Shown here: positions 48,038 to 56,670 of the stretch, in pieces
Numbering within the stretch: position 1 is the stretch's first letter
Layout of the letters: every line of letters begins with the position of its first letter
From: Myxococcota bacterium
GTDB lineage: Bacteria > Myxococcota_A > UBA9160 > UBA4427
Direction of reading: 5' to 3'
DNA length: 64,000 bases
Assembly: GCA_965250285.1 (NCBI GenBank)
Contig: OZ252299.1
Span: 4,128,001-4,192,000 of the forward strand
Translations under genes and position numbers: made by a program
The notes under the pieces: generated by a model
The model's database searches: none
Told to the model about the DNA's origin: nothing
Seen by the model: the letters and a program-made list of their open reading frames with translations, nothing else

Positions 48038-48859
48038 ATGGATGTGAACGCGTACTACAGCCATTCGGGCCGATTCAACCCGGCCGGCGTCGTGCTGATG
48101 ATCGCGGCGGCGCTCGTCGTCGGCCCGCTCCTCGGTGTCGTGTACGGGTACGTCGTCGCGTTCAATCCGTTCATCTACATCAACTTCCTGGCCACCCTCT
48201 TCGCGGGCGGCATCGCCGGCATGCTCGTGGGCAAGATGTCGCGTCCGGGCAAGGTGCGCAGCCTGGGTGTGTGCGCCGTCGCAGGCGTCGTCGCGGGCAT
48301 CGGGTTTCAGTACACGCAGTGGTGGGCGACCCTGCACTACTACGGCGCCGAAGTGGCGATCGATCAGCCGGCGGCGATCTGGTCCTTCATCGGCGAGCTC
48401 GCCGAGCTCGAGCCGTGGACGCTCATGGGCATCTCGCTCGGCTCGACAGGCTTCATGATCCTCTGGGCCATCGAAGGGCTGATCCTGATGGTCGCACCGG
48501 TGACGCTCGCCTGTGCCGAAGGATCGACGCCGTACTGCGAGCGCTGCGACACCTGGGCGGTCGATGCGGAGCCGCTCGGCCCCTTCGACTTCGTGAGCGA
48601 CGTCGACACGCTCAAGGCCCGCGTCGATCGGCGCGACCACGAGCCGCTCAAGGGCTTCGGACGCCCCGAAGCGACCGAGGATCGCTTCAGCACGATCACG
48701 CTGGCCTCGTGTACCGGTTGCCTGGGCCTGCGTCTCGCCACGATCAAGAACGTCGAGATCGAAGTCGAGAAGGACGGCGACACCAAACAGAACGAGTCCG
48801 AGATCTTGACCCACATCGTGCTCGACTCGCCCACCTACGACGCCCTCGCCAAGCTCTAG
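48038..48859 (+). CDS. Hypothetical membrane protein with two CxxC motifs
   Basis: About four TM helices, then YCERC and SCTGC in a soluble C-terminal part. Confidence 0.75.
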   Translation: MDVNAYYSHSGRFNPAGVVLMIAAALVVGPLLGVVYGYVVAFNPFIYINFLATLFAGGIAGMLVGKMSRPGKVRSLGVCAVAGVVAGIGFQYTQWWATLHYYGAEVAIDQPAAIWSFIGELAELEPWTLMGISLGSTGFMILWAIEGLILMVAPVTLACAEGSTPYCERCDTWAVDAEPLGPFDFVSDVDTLKARVDRRDHEPLKGFGRPEATEDRFSTITLASCTGCLGLRLATIKNVEIEVEKDGDTKQNESEILTHIVLDSPTYDALAKL

Positions 48860-48968
48860 TCGCCCCGTCGTGGGGCCCCCAACTCGGCGAGACGGCGAGC
48901 CCCGAAGCGCTTATGATCGAAGGGGGCGGCCGGCGACCCCGCCGGCCTGCCCGCGACGAGGTGCTTCC

Positions 48969-49304
48969 GTGATTGATGATCCCTGGCGCGTCTTCCACGT
49001 TCGCGAGCTGCTCGAGAAGCAGCGAAGCGCCGGGACGCCCTACCTCGAGTTTCTGCGCGTCCCGAACCTGAGCTGCGGGCTCTATGAGCTGAAGGCCGGA
49101 TCCAAGGATCTCCAGAGCCCCCACGACGAGGACGAGGTCTACTTCATCATCGAGGGGCGCGGCCGGCTGCGGGTCGGAGACCACGAACAGGCCGTCGAGC
49201 GCGGCTCCGTGCTCTTCGTCGGCGCGAGCGAAGAGCACAGCTTCTTCGAGATCGAAGAAGACATGACCCTCCTCGTCTTCTTCGCGTCGGGTGGCCCCGA
49301 GTAG
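48969..49304 (+). CDS. Cupin domain protein
   Basis: DLQSPHDEDEVYFIIEGRG and FVGASEEHSF cupin motifs. Confidence 0.9.
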   Translation: MIDDPWRVFHVRELLEKQRSAGTPYLEFLRVPNLSCGLYELKAGSKDLQSPHDEDEVYFIIEGRGRLRVGDHEQAVERGSVLFVGASEEHSFFEIEEDMTLLVFFASGGPE

Positions 49305-49403
49305 CCCCGAGCCCACGCCGTCTGGCGAACGTCGCCGGGATTCTCGATGCTCCCGCTCCACGCAGCGCTCAGCTTCGGGCGCGCGAAGGACGGAGTGACG
49401 GGC

Positions 49404-49988
49404 ATGGCCGACAACGAGCGCGGCGAGGGTGTGGACACGGTCGAGCAGCCCCTGCCTTCGGAGACCGAGGCCGCGCGAGGCGGCTTCTTCCAGCGCCTCG
49501 GCCTCACTTTGCTCCTCGGCTTCGTGCTCTGGGTCGTCGGCGCCTGCGCCGTGCTCTGGTGGCAGCCGAATCGCTTCATCCAGCTCGGCGTCATCGCCGT
49601 CGCCGTCGTCGCAGCGCTGCTGATCCCGAAGCGGCACTTCGACCGCATCCTCGCGGCCTTCGCCTGCCTGCTGCTGATCGGCGCGCTCTTCTACCTGCCT
49701 TCGTATCTGATGACGACGGTGGTCGAGTTTCAGATTCGCAACACCGACCGCGACGCGGCCCGCGAGACCTACCTCATTCACACGAATCGCGGCGCCAAGA
49801 CCCCGAGCGACCCCGGCGAGACGTTCGAGAACATCGATGCGCCGCTCTTGTGGAAGGTGAACTCGTCCGACGTACAGGGGCAGGCCGAGAGCCTGAAGGG
49901 GCAGCGCGTGCGTGCGCGCGTGTTCGGCATTCGCTTCGCCGACTTCAGTCAGTACCGCAACGTGATCTGGCTCGAGCCCGCGACCTGA
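49404..49988 (+). CDS. Membrane protein, DUF1523-like C-terminal domain
   Basis: Three TM helices; FENID....WKVNSSDVQ...FGIR....SQYRN pattern. Confidence 0.65.
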   Translation: MADNERGEGVDTVEQPLPSETEAARGGFFQRLGLTLLLGFVLWVVGACAVLWWQPNRFIQLGVIAVAVVAALLIPKRHFDRILAAFACLLLIGALFYLPSYLMTTVVEFQIRNTDRDAARETYLIHTNRGAKTPSDPGETFENIDAPLLWKVNSSDVQGQAESLKGQRVRARVFGIRFADFSQYRNVIWLEPAT

Positions 49989-49998
49989 CCCACATGCG

Positions 49999-50844
49999 CT
50001 AGTCCGATTCGTCGCGCTCGGCGTCGGCCCGCGGCCAGGCCGGCCAGTCTTTCGCCACCGAGCCCTGCCACTTGGGCGGTCGTCGCTCGACGTACGCGAG
50101 GCCGCCCTCGATGGCGTCGGGCGCCCCCATCAGCACATGGTGCAGCTCGGTCTCGAAGCGCTCGACCTCGTCTCGACTGAGATTCGGGCTCTGCCACAGC
50201 AACCGCTTCGTGATCGCCGCGGAGAGGGGCGCGGTGTTCACCGCGACGTCGCGTGCCATCTCGAGGGCCGCGGGCAGCACCTCGTCGGCGGGCAACGAAC
50301 GCAGGGCGAGGCCCATCGCCGCCGCTTCAGCACCCTTCACTCGCGTGCCCGTCAGCATCAGCCACGCCGCCCGCTCGAAGCCGACGATGCGCGGCAGCGT
50401 GAAGTGACAGCACGCATCGGGCATCACGCCCCGCCGCACCTGCAGGACGCCGTACTTGCCCTCGTCGGCGACGATGCGCACGTCACACTGAAGCGCGAGG
50501 GTCAGCCCGAGCCCCACCGCGTGGCCGTTCACCGCGGCGATGACCGGCTTTCGGACGTCCCAGGGCGCGGGATGAACGGGCGTGGCGCTGAAGCCCGATG
50601 CGTCCTGCTTCGCGAACGTCTCTTCGCCTCCGCTCATGTCTGCGCCGGCACAGAACGCACGCCCCGCCCCCGTCAACACCACGGCGCGCACCGCGTCGTC
50701 GGCATCGCAACGGGCGAGCGCGTCGCCGAGCTCGTCGCCCATGCGACCGCTGAAGCTGTTCATCGCCTCGGGTCGGTCGAGAGTGACGACCGCGACGCCG
50801 TCTTCGAGCTCGAAGCGGATGTCGTCGTAGGTGTCGTCGCTCAT
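49999..50844 (-). CDS. Enoyl-CoA hydratase/isomerase family protein
   Basis: TLDRPEAMN, AFCAGADM, KPVIAAVNGHAVGLG, RRGVMPD. Confidence 0.93.
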   Translation of the reverse strand: MSDDTYDDIRFELEDGVAVVTLDRPEAMNSFSGRMGDELGDALARCDADDAVRAVVLTGAGRAFCAGADMSGGEETFAKQDASGFSATPVHPAPWDVRKPVIAAVNGHAVGLGLTLALQCDVRIVADEGKYGVLQVRRGVMPDACCHFTLPRIVGFERAAWLMLTGTRVKGAEAAAMGLALRSLPADEVLPAALEMARDVAVNTAPLSAAITKRLLWQSPNLSRDEVERFETELHHVLMGAPDAIEGGLAYVERRPPKWQGSVAKDWPAWPRADAERDESD

Positions 50845-50868
50845 GCGCTTGGCCGTCCCCGTCGCCGC

Positions 50869-51723
50869 TCAGTAGGGCGCTTCGCCGTCGATCGTCACGC
50901 GATGGATCGTACGCGGCGCATCCCCATAGTCGGCGACGGCGTAGTGATGCGTCGAGCGATTGTCCCAGATCGCGACGTCGCCCTGGCTCCATCGCCAGCG
51001 GCACTGCAGCTCGGGCTGATTCTGATGCTCGAAGAGGAACGCGAGCACGGCGTCGGCCTCGCCCGGCGGCAGCCCTTCGATGTGTGCGGTGAACGTCGGG
51101 TTGACGAAGAGGATCTTTCGCCCCGTCACCGGATGCGTACGCACGACGGGGTGGATCGCGTGGGGCAGGCTCGACGTGTCGGGCACCTGCCCACCGGGAG
51201 CCTTCGTCTGCTGCGAACGCTCACGCACGATGTTGCGCACGGTTCCGTTCAGATCGTGCAACGCAGTCAGACCCTCGAGGTAGGCCTTCATCCGGTCGGA
51301 GAGCAGGTCGTACGCCGCGGCCATGTCGGCCCACATCGTGTCGCCGCCGTACGGTGGACACTCGACCATGTAGAGCACCGACCCCATCGGCGGCTCGGGC
51401 GAGATCGTGACGTCGCTGTGCCAGACGTTGGCGCGGCCGCCCTTCTGACCTTCGAGCACCACGATCTCACGGTGATCGGGGTGCGTCGGAAGGTACGCGG
51501 GATGGTCGGTGAAGATCGAGCCGAGCTTCGCGCTGAATGCGATCTGCTGCTCGGGCGTGAGCTTCTGGTCGCGGAAGAAGAGCACCTTGTGCTCACACAG
51601 CGCGGCGAGGATCGACTCGGACACGGTGTCGTTCTGATCTTCGCCGACGAGACCGAGGTCGATGTCGCGCACTTCGGCGCCGAGTGCGCCGGATACGGGG
51701 AGGAGGTCGAGCGGGGAGGTCAT
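50869..51723 (-). CDS. TauD/TfdA family 2OG dioxygenase (taurine/alkylsulfate type)
   Basis: WHSDVT, GGDTMWA, HPVVRTHP, WDNRSTHH. Confidence 0.94.
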   Translation of the reverse strand: MTSPLDLLPVSGALGAEVRDIDLGLVGEDQNDTVSESILAALCEHKVLFFRDQKLTPEQQIAFSAKLGSIFTDHPAYLPTHPDHREIVVLEGQKGGRANVWHSDVTISPEPPMGSVLYMVECPPYGGDTMWADMAAAYDLLSDRMKAYLEGLTALHDLNGTVRNIVRERSQQTKAPGGQVPDTSSLPHAIHPVVRTHPVTGRKILFVNPTFTAHIEGLPPGEADAVLAFLFEHQNQPELQCRWRWSQGDVAIWDNRSTHHYAVADYGDAPRTIHRVTIDGEAPY

Positions 51724-51780
51724 GTCGTCTCTCCAGGATCGAGGGGCGGGGCCCCGTGTGGGTGGGTTGCGGCGCAGCGT

Positions 51781-52401
51781 TCAGGCGCCAGGCGCCGGCG
51801 GGGCGACCGGGGCGCTCATGCCCCCGGTCACGAATTCGAGCAGCTCGGACACGTAGGCGTCGAGCCCCTCGCCGAAGGTCGATGGGCCCTGGGCGAGGCT
51901 GAACAGCATCACGTCGATCGCCCACTTGGCCCGCAGCAACAGCAGCGGTTCGGGGACGTCGGGCAACGCGGCGCGCATCAGCGGGCCGAGACGTTCGACC
52001 CCGCCCGCATGCCGGCCGATCACCCATTCGCGGTCGATGTCGCCCTCGGCGTGGAGACGCGAGATCAAACGCAGATAGCGGAGCCCGGCCGGGCCCTGCT
52101 CGCGCAGCAGCTCGGCCATGGGCTGGAGCAGGGTCGACAACACCTGGCGTGCCGTCGGCGGTGTGTCGGCGGCCTCGAGCGCGTCGAGCAGCTCGGCCCG
52201 GCGGCCCATCAGCGCCGGCATGCGCCGCTCGAGCAGCGCCTCGACGAGTGCCTCCTGGGTTCCGAAGTGGTAGTGGAGCGCCGCGGGCGAGAGACCGGCC
52301 TCGGCGTTGATCGCGCGCAGGGAAACGCCCCTCAGGCCGCGCGCGGCGAAGAGGTTCTCGGCGCAGTCGAGGAGGCGCTCTCGCGCAGAGGGGCGGGCCA
52401 T
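51781..52401 (-). CDS. TetR/AcrR family regulator
   Basis: AENLFAARG..VSLRAINAEAG..ALHYHFGT HTH. Confidence 0.93.
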   Translation of the reverse strand: MARPSARERLLDCAENLFAARGLRGVSLRAINAEAGLSPAALHYHFGTQEALVEALLERRMPALMGRRAELLDALEAADTPPTARQVLSTLLQPMAELLREQGPAGLRYLRLISRLHAEGDIDREWVIGRHAGGVERLGPLMRAALPDVPEPLLLLRAKWAIDVMLFSLAQGPSTFGEGLDAYVSELLEFVTGGMSAPVAPPAPGA

Positions 52402-52416
52402 GGCTCGGAACCTAGC

Positions 52417-52445
52417 CTTATCACTTGATTCAATCAAGCGATAAG
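52417..52445. promoter_or_regulatory. Candidate TetR operator (29-bp near-perfect palindrome)
   Basis: cttatcacttgatt-c-aatcaagcgataag, 14-bp arms with one mismatch, AT-rich, 15 bp upstream of the TetR start in a divergent promoter. Confidence 0.8.
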
Positions 52446-52559
52446 TTACTCTGAATCGGCCTTCTGGGGCGGGTGCGCCCGCTCGGGCGGGCCACCATCG
52501 ACCGTCGACCCAGCGCCGGCCTCGCCGCCGGCCCCTGCCCGAAGAGGGAGCGCCCCGAC

Positions 52560-54143
52560 ATGAGCGAGTTCGCACCGGACGTCGTCGTCATTGGAGCCGG
52601 CCACAACGGCCTGGCCACCGCCGCCCTGCTGGCCGACCGCGGCCAACGCGTGCTCGTGCTCGAGAAGAACCGCTACGTCGGCGGGATGGCCGGGACGCGC
52701 GAGATTCTGAAGGGCTGCCGAAACGACGTCGGCGCTTCGCTCCTGTTCCCGCTCGCGAAAGAAGTCACGGACGCGCTCGAACTCGATCGTTGGGGCGTTG
52801 AGCTGCTCGACCTCGACGTCATGTCGTGCACGCTCTCGAGCAAGGACGACCCGCCCGTCGTCTTCTACTCGAACCCGCTCAAGCTCGCCCTCGGCATCCT
52901 GAAGCGATTCGGCTTCAAGGCCTTCGTCGGGTTCGCCAAGCTCGTCGCGTTCACGCGCTACCCCGCCAAGGCCATCGCGCGCTACGCCGCCTGCACCGAA
53001 CCGAAGTCGTACGAGACGCTGCTCGCCGAGGCCCCTAACGAAAAGGCGCGCGAGGCGCTGCGGCTCACGTTCGAGGGCAGCGCGATGGATCTCATCGATC
53101 GCTTCTTCCCCGACGAAGAGCGACATCGCCCGCTGCGAGCCCTGCTGGCGTTCGCAGCCGTGCAGTCGACCTACAAGGGCCCCTACACGCCGGGCAGCGC
53201 CTTCTGCCTCGTCTACACCCTGTCGCCGAACGATTCGGGCGGCATCATGAAGCGCGTCCGCGGCGGAATGGGCTCGCTCAGCGAGGCGCTCGTGCGATCG
53301 ATCGAGGCGAAGGGCGGCGAGGTCCGGCTCGGCCAACCTGCCCGTCGCATCGTCGTCGAGGATGGACGCGCTACGGGCGTCGAGCTGAAGAACGGCCAGG
53401 TCGTGCACGCCCGGCACATCGTCTCGAACCTCGACAAGCAGGCGACGTTCTTCGGCCTCGTCGGCGAAGACGACACGCCCGCCGGCGTCGCCGAGACGAT
53501 CTCGGCGATCGATCATCGCGCGGCCTACGTCCACCTGCTCTTCAAGCTGAAGGGGCTTCCCGAGTACGGGGGTGCGCTCGCGTGGATGAACGACGACCCG
53601 GCCACACGCTTCAACATGTCGCTCTTCGCCGAGCCGCGCGATCTGCAGGCGAGCTACGAGGCGAGCCTCGCCGGTGAGCTGCCCACGAACCCGCCGGCGG
53701 CGCTGCAGATCCCGACCGTGGTCGACCCGACGCTCGCGCCCGAGGGCTTCCACATCGGCACGACCTACGGCTTCTACTTTCCGTTCGACGCCCACAAGGA
53801 CGTGCGCGGCAAGCTGCGCGACGAGATGGCGGAGCGCATCATCAACCGCATCGAGGGCGTGTACCCCGGCTTTCGCGAGCTGATCGTCGAGCAGGCGATC
53901 TTCTCGGCCGACCACTTCGCCACCATGCAGGGCGCGACCGGCGGCGACTTCACGCATGGCCTGCTCCACCCCGACCAGATGCTCGGGGCGCGGACGCTCG
54001 TCGAAGGCTCGGCCCATCGCACCCCCATCGAGGGCCTCTGGCTCTGCGGCGCGAGCTGCCACCCGGGGCCGGGGGTCACGTTCCTCCCAGGCTTCGGCTG
54101 CGCCGCCGAGATCGGCGAGACGCTCGATTCGAGCGACGGCTGA
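52560..54143 (+). CDS. Phytoene desaturase-like FAD-dependent oxidoreductase (PYROXD2-like)
   Basis: IGAGHNGL, VGGMA, GGMGSLS, DPTLAPEG, GGDFTHG, TPIEGLWLCGASCHPGPGV. Confidence 0.9.
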   Translation: MSEFAPDVVVIGAGHNGLATAALLADRGQRVLVLEKNRYVGGMAGTREILKGCRNDVGASLLFPLAKEVTDALELDRWGVELLDLDVMSCTLSSKDDPPVVFYSNPLKLALGILKRFGFKAFVGFAKLVAFTRYPAKAIARYAACTEPKSYETLLAEAPNEKAREALRLTFEGSAMDLIDRFFPDEERHRPLRALLAFAAVQSTYKGPYTPGSAFCLVYTLSPNDSGGIMKRVRGGMGSLSEALVRSIEAKGGEVRLGQPARRIVVEDGRATGVELKNGQVVHARHIVSNLDKQATFFGLVGEDDTPAGVAETISAIDHRAAYVHLLFKLKGLPEYGGALAWMNDDPATRFNMSLFAEPRDLQASYEASLAGELPTNPPAALQIPTVVDPTLAPEGFHIGTTYGFYFPFDAHKDVRGKLRDEMAERIINRIEGVYPGFRELIVEQAIFSADHFATMQGATGGDFTHGLLHPDQMLGARTLVEGSAHRTPIEGLWLCGASCHPGPGVTFLPGFGCAAEIGETLDSSDG

Positions 54144-54228
54144 TCCGACACCCACCGCGAGTACACGCTCGTCGAGTGCGACGATCCGTGAGACGACACC
54201 GAGAGAAAGAGAAGAGGACGCAGGTTCG

Positions 54229-55242
54229 ATGAAGATCGATGGAAACATGCTGGTCGACGACCCCGCCGAAGCCGGCCCGATCGCAGCGACGCTCGAGAGC
54301 AAGGGCTACCACGGCGCGTTCACCTACGAGGGCCGCCACGACCCGTTCTTTCCGCTGGTGGTCGCGGCTCAGTCGACCTCGCGCATCGAGCTGATGACGG
54401 CGATCGCGATCGGCTTCGCGCGCAATCCGATGACCCTCGCAAACATCGGCTACGACCTGCAGCTGATGTCGAAGGGGCGCTTCGTGCTCGGGCTCGGCAC
54501 GCAGATCAAGCCCCATATCGAGCGACGCTTCAGCATGACCTGGTCGAAGCCCGCGGCCCGCATGCGCGAGATGATCCTCGCGATTCGGGCCATCTGGTCG
54601 TGCTGGCAAGAGGACGAGCGACTCGAGTTTCGCGGCGAATTCTACGAGCACACGCTGATGACGCCCGTCTTCAATCCCGGCCCGAATCCATTCGGTGTAC
54701 CGAAGATCTTCGCTGCCGGCGTCGGTCCGCGCATGACCGAGGCCGTCGGCGAGGTGGCCGATGGCTTCTTCGTGCACCCGTTCCACACGACCGACTTCCT
54801 GCGCACGCAGACGACGGCCTGGCTGAGTGCGGGGCTCGAGACCTCTGGGCGGACGCGAAGCGACTTCGAGATCGCCGGCCAGTGCATCATCGTGACCGGC
54901 CGCACCGACGAAGAGTTCGAGACGGCGCGCAACGGTGCTCGCGCCCAGCTCAGCTTCTACGGTTCGACCCCGGCGTACCGGCCGGTGCTCGACCACATCG
55001 GCATGGGCGATCTGCAAGAAGAGCTGAACCGGCTGTCGAAACAGGGCAAGTGGCTCGAGATGGCCGGTCTGATCGACGACGATCTGCTCGCTCAGCTCGC
55101 CGTCGTAGCGCCCCGCGACGGTCTCGCCGAAGAGCTGCGCAAGCGTTACGCCGGCGTCGTCGATCGACTGAGCCTCGTCTCCCACACATCCCCCGACCCC
55201 GATCTGTGGGCCGACGTCGTGCAGGCGCTCGCCGACGCATGA
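54229..55242 (+). CDS. Probable F420-dependent LLM class oxidoreductase (TIGR03617-like)
   Basis: HDPFFPL, IAIGFARNPM, GLGTQIKPHIERRFS, HTLMTPVFNPGP, FYGSTPAY. Confidence 0.88.
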   Translation: MKIDGNMLVDDPAEAGPIAATLESKGYHGAFTYEGRHDPFFPLVVAAQSTSRIELMTAIAIGFARNPMTLANIGYDLQLMSKGRFVLGLGTQIKPHIERRFSMTWSKPAARMREMILAIRAIWSCWQEDERLEFRGEFYEHTLMTPVFNPGPNPFGVPKIFAAGVGPRMTEAVGEVADGFFVHPFHTTDFLRTQTTAWLSAGLETSGRTRSDFEIAGQCIIVTGRTDEEFETARNGARAQLSFYGSTPAYRPVLDHIGMGDLQEELNRLSKQGKWLEMAGLIDDDLLAQLAVVAPRDGLAEELRKRYAGVVDRLSLVSHTSPDPDLWADVVQALADA

Positions 55243-55295
55243 CGGTCGCTGCGCGCAGGGGCGGCCGAGCGGCCCCTGCGGAGCCCTCCCGATGA
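55239..55295 (+). other. Putative 18-codon bridging mini-ORF (MTVAARRGGRAAPAEPSR)
   Basis: ATGA overlaps at both ends; internal 9-bp stem. Confidence 0.55.
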
Positions 55296-56527
55296 GAGAC
55301 CAGTTGATCCTCACGCGAGCCCTCACGCGTGCGCTCGTCGACGTCGGCGTCGATGCGTGCAGCGATCCCTTCGGAGGGGCGCTGCCCCTCACCCCGGCGC
55401 CCTTCACCGACCCGAGCGTGCTCGCGAACCTGTTGCAAGCGCACGGGGTCACACCGTGGCCCGTCGACGAACGCCCCGAACGCATCCGTGAGACAGCGCG
55501 CGAGGCACCGAGCAGCAACTGCCGCAACTCGGTCCTCACGCTCGATTGGGCGAATTCGGCCGGCGCGGACGCACCGGCGTCGATCTTCGTGAAGCAACCG
55601 TCTCCCGATCGACCGACGCGTGTGTTCGCGAACCTGATCGGTTTCTGGAAGATCGAGTGTGCCGTGTGCCGCCACCTCTCTCGACAGCTGCCGATCGCAT
55701 CGCCCCGAATCTGGGCCGTCGACGAGCGACGAAGCCGATTCGTGATCGTGATGGAAGACCTCGCCACGCGACCGAGCGCCCGGCTCTTCGTGAACCGCGC
55801 GATGCTCGAAGGCATCGACATCGAGCTTGCCCGACGGTGCGTGCGCACGCTCGCCAAGCTGCATGCCGGGTTCGAGGGCTGGCCGAGCGAGCGCCGCGAA
55901 GCAGCATTGCCGCTCGCCCTGCATCCCTTCCTCTCGCCGTCGCTCGAGCCCATCATGCTCGCCGTGAATCGCCTCGCCGTTCCGCGCTGCGCAGAACGAT
56001 CGAATGGGATGGTCGGAGACAGCGAAGCCACCCTCGCACACCGCGCCTTCGCACACTGGCCGGCCCTGCAGCGCGCGTGGTACGGCGAACCCTGGACGCT
56101 CGTTCACGGCGACAGCCACATCGGCAACTTCTTCGAGGTCGGTGGCGAGCTGGGCATGCTCGACTTTCAGGGGGCCCACTGGGGGCGGGGGACACGCGAC
56201 GTCGCCTATTTCCTGATGAACTCGATGCGTGCCGACGTGCTCGCCGAGCACGAGCGCTCCATCGTCGAGACCTACTGCGAAGCGCGCGCCGAGCACGGGG
56301 CGCCGCTCGACCCCGAGACCGCGTGGCACGAGTACCGCGGCTTCTCGTTCCAGACGCTGATGACGTCTGTCGTCTCGCTCGGCCTCGGCTCGTTCACGGA
56401 CAGCGACGCCGTCATCGACGCCATGCTCGAACGATCGGTCGCGGCCGTGCGTCGACTCCGGTTCGCCGATTGGCTCGACGAGGCGATCGATCGCGACGCC
56501 TCGGCTCACGAAGGCCTCGCGGCATGA
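55292..56527 (+). CDS. APH/ecdysteroid-kinase-like phosphotransferase
   Basis: IFVK, VMEDL, LVHGDSHIGN, LDFQ, DVAYF. Confidence 0.88.
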   Translation: MRDQLILTRALTRALVDVGVDACSDPFGGALPLTPAPFTDPSVLANLLQAHGVTPWPVDERPERIRETAREAPSSNCRNSVLTLDWANSAGADAPASIFVKQPSPDRPTRVFANLIGFWKIECAVCRHLSRQLPIASPRIWAVDERRSRFVIVMEDLATRPSARLFVNRAMLEGIDIELARRCVRTLAKLHAGFEGWPSERREAALPLALHPFLSPSLEPIMLAVNRLAVPRCAERSNGMVGDSEATLAHRAFAHWPALQRAWYGEPWTLVHGDSHIGNFFEVGGELGMLDFQGAHWGRGTRDVAYFLMNSMRADVLAEHERSIVETYCEARAEHGAPLDPETAWHEYRGFSFQTLMTSVVSLGLGSFTDSDAVIDAMLERSVAAVRRLRFADWLDEAIDRDASAHEGLAA

Positions 56528-56670
56528 GCGATCGCGTCGAATCCGAGAGCGAGATCGTCGGGGCGCGCATGCAGACGCGAGCACCCGGGTTCAGCGCACC
56601 CAACCCTGCGTCGCCGCACCGCCTGCGGCGCGCCCCATCACCCCCGGTCGAGTCAGGAGAATCCGAATGA
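56524..56670 (+). other. Putative 48-codon bridging mini-ORF
   Basis: ATGA overlap with the kinase stop and ATGA overlap with the sulfatase start; open throughout. Confidence 0.45.

Noticed and set aside
52560..54143. Carotenoid biosynthesis crtI
   Set aside because: Motifs fit the broader PYROXD2-like group, no crtB/crtE nearby, and the context is catabolic
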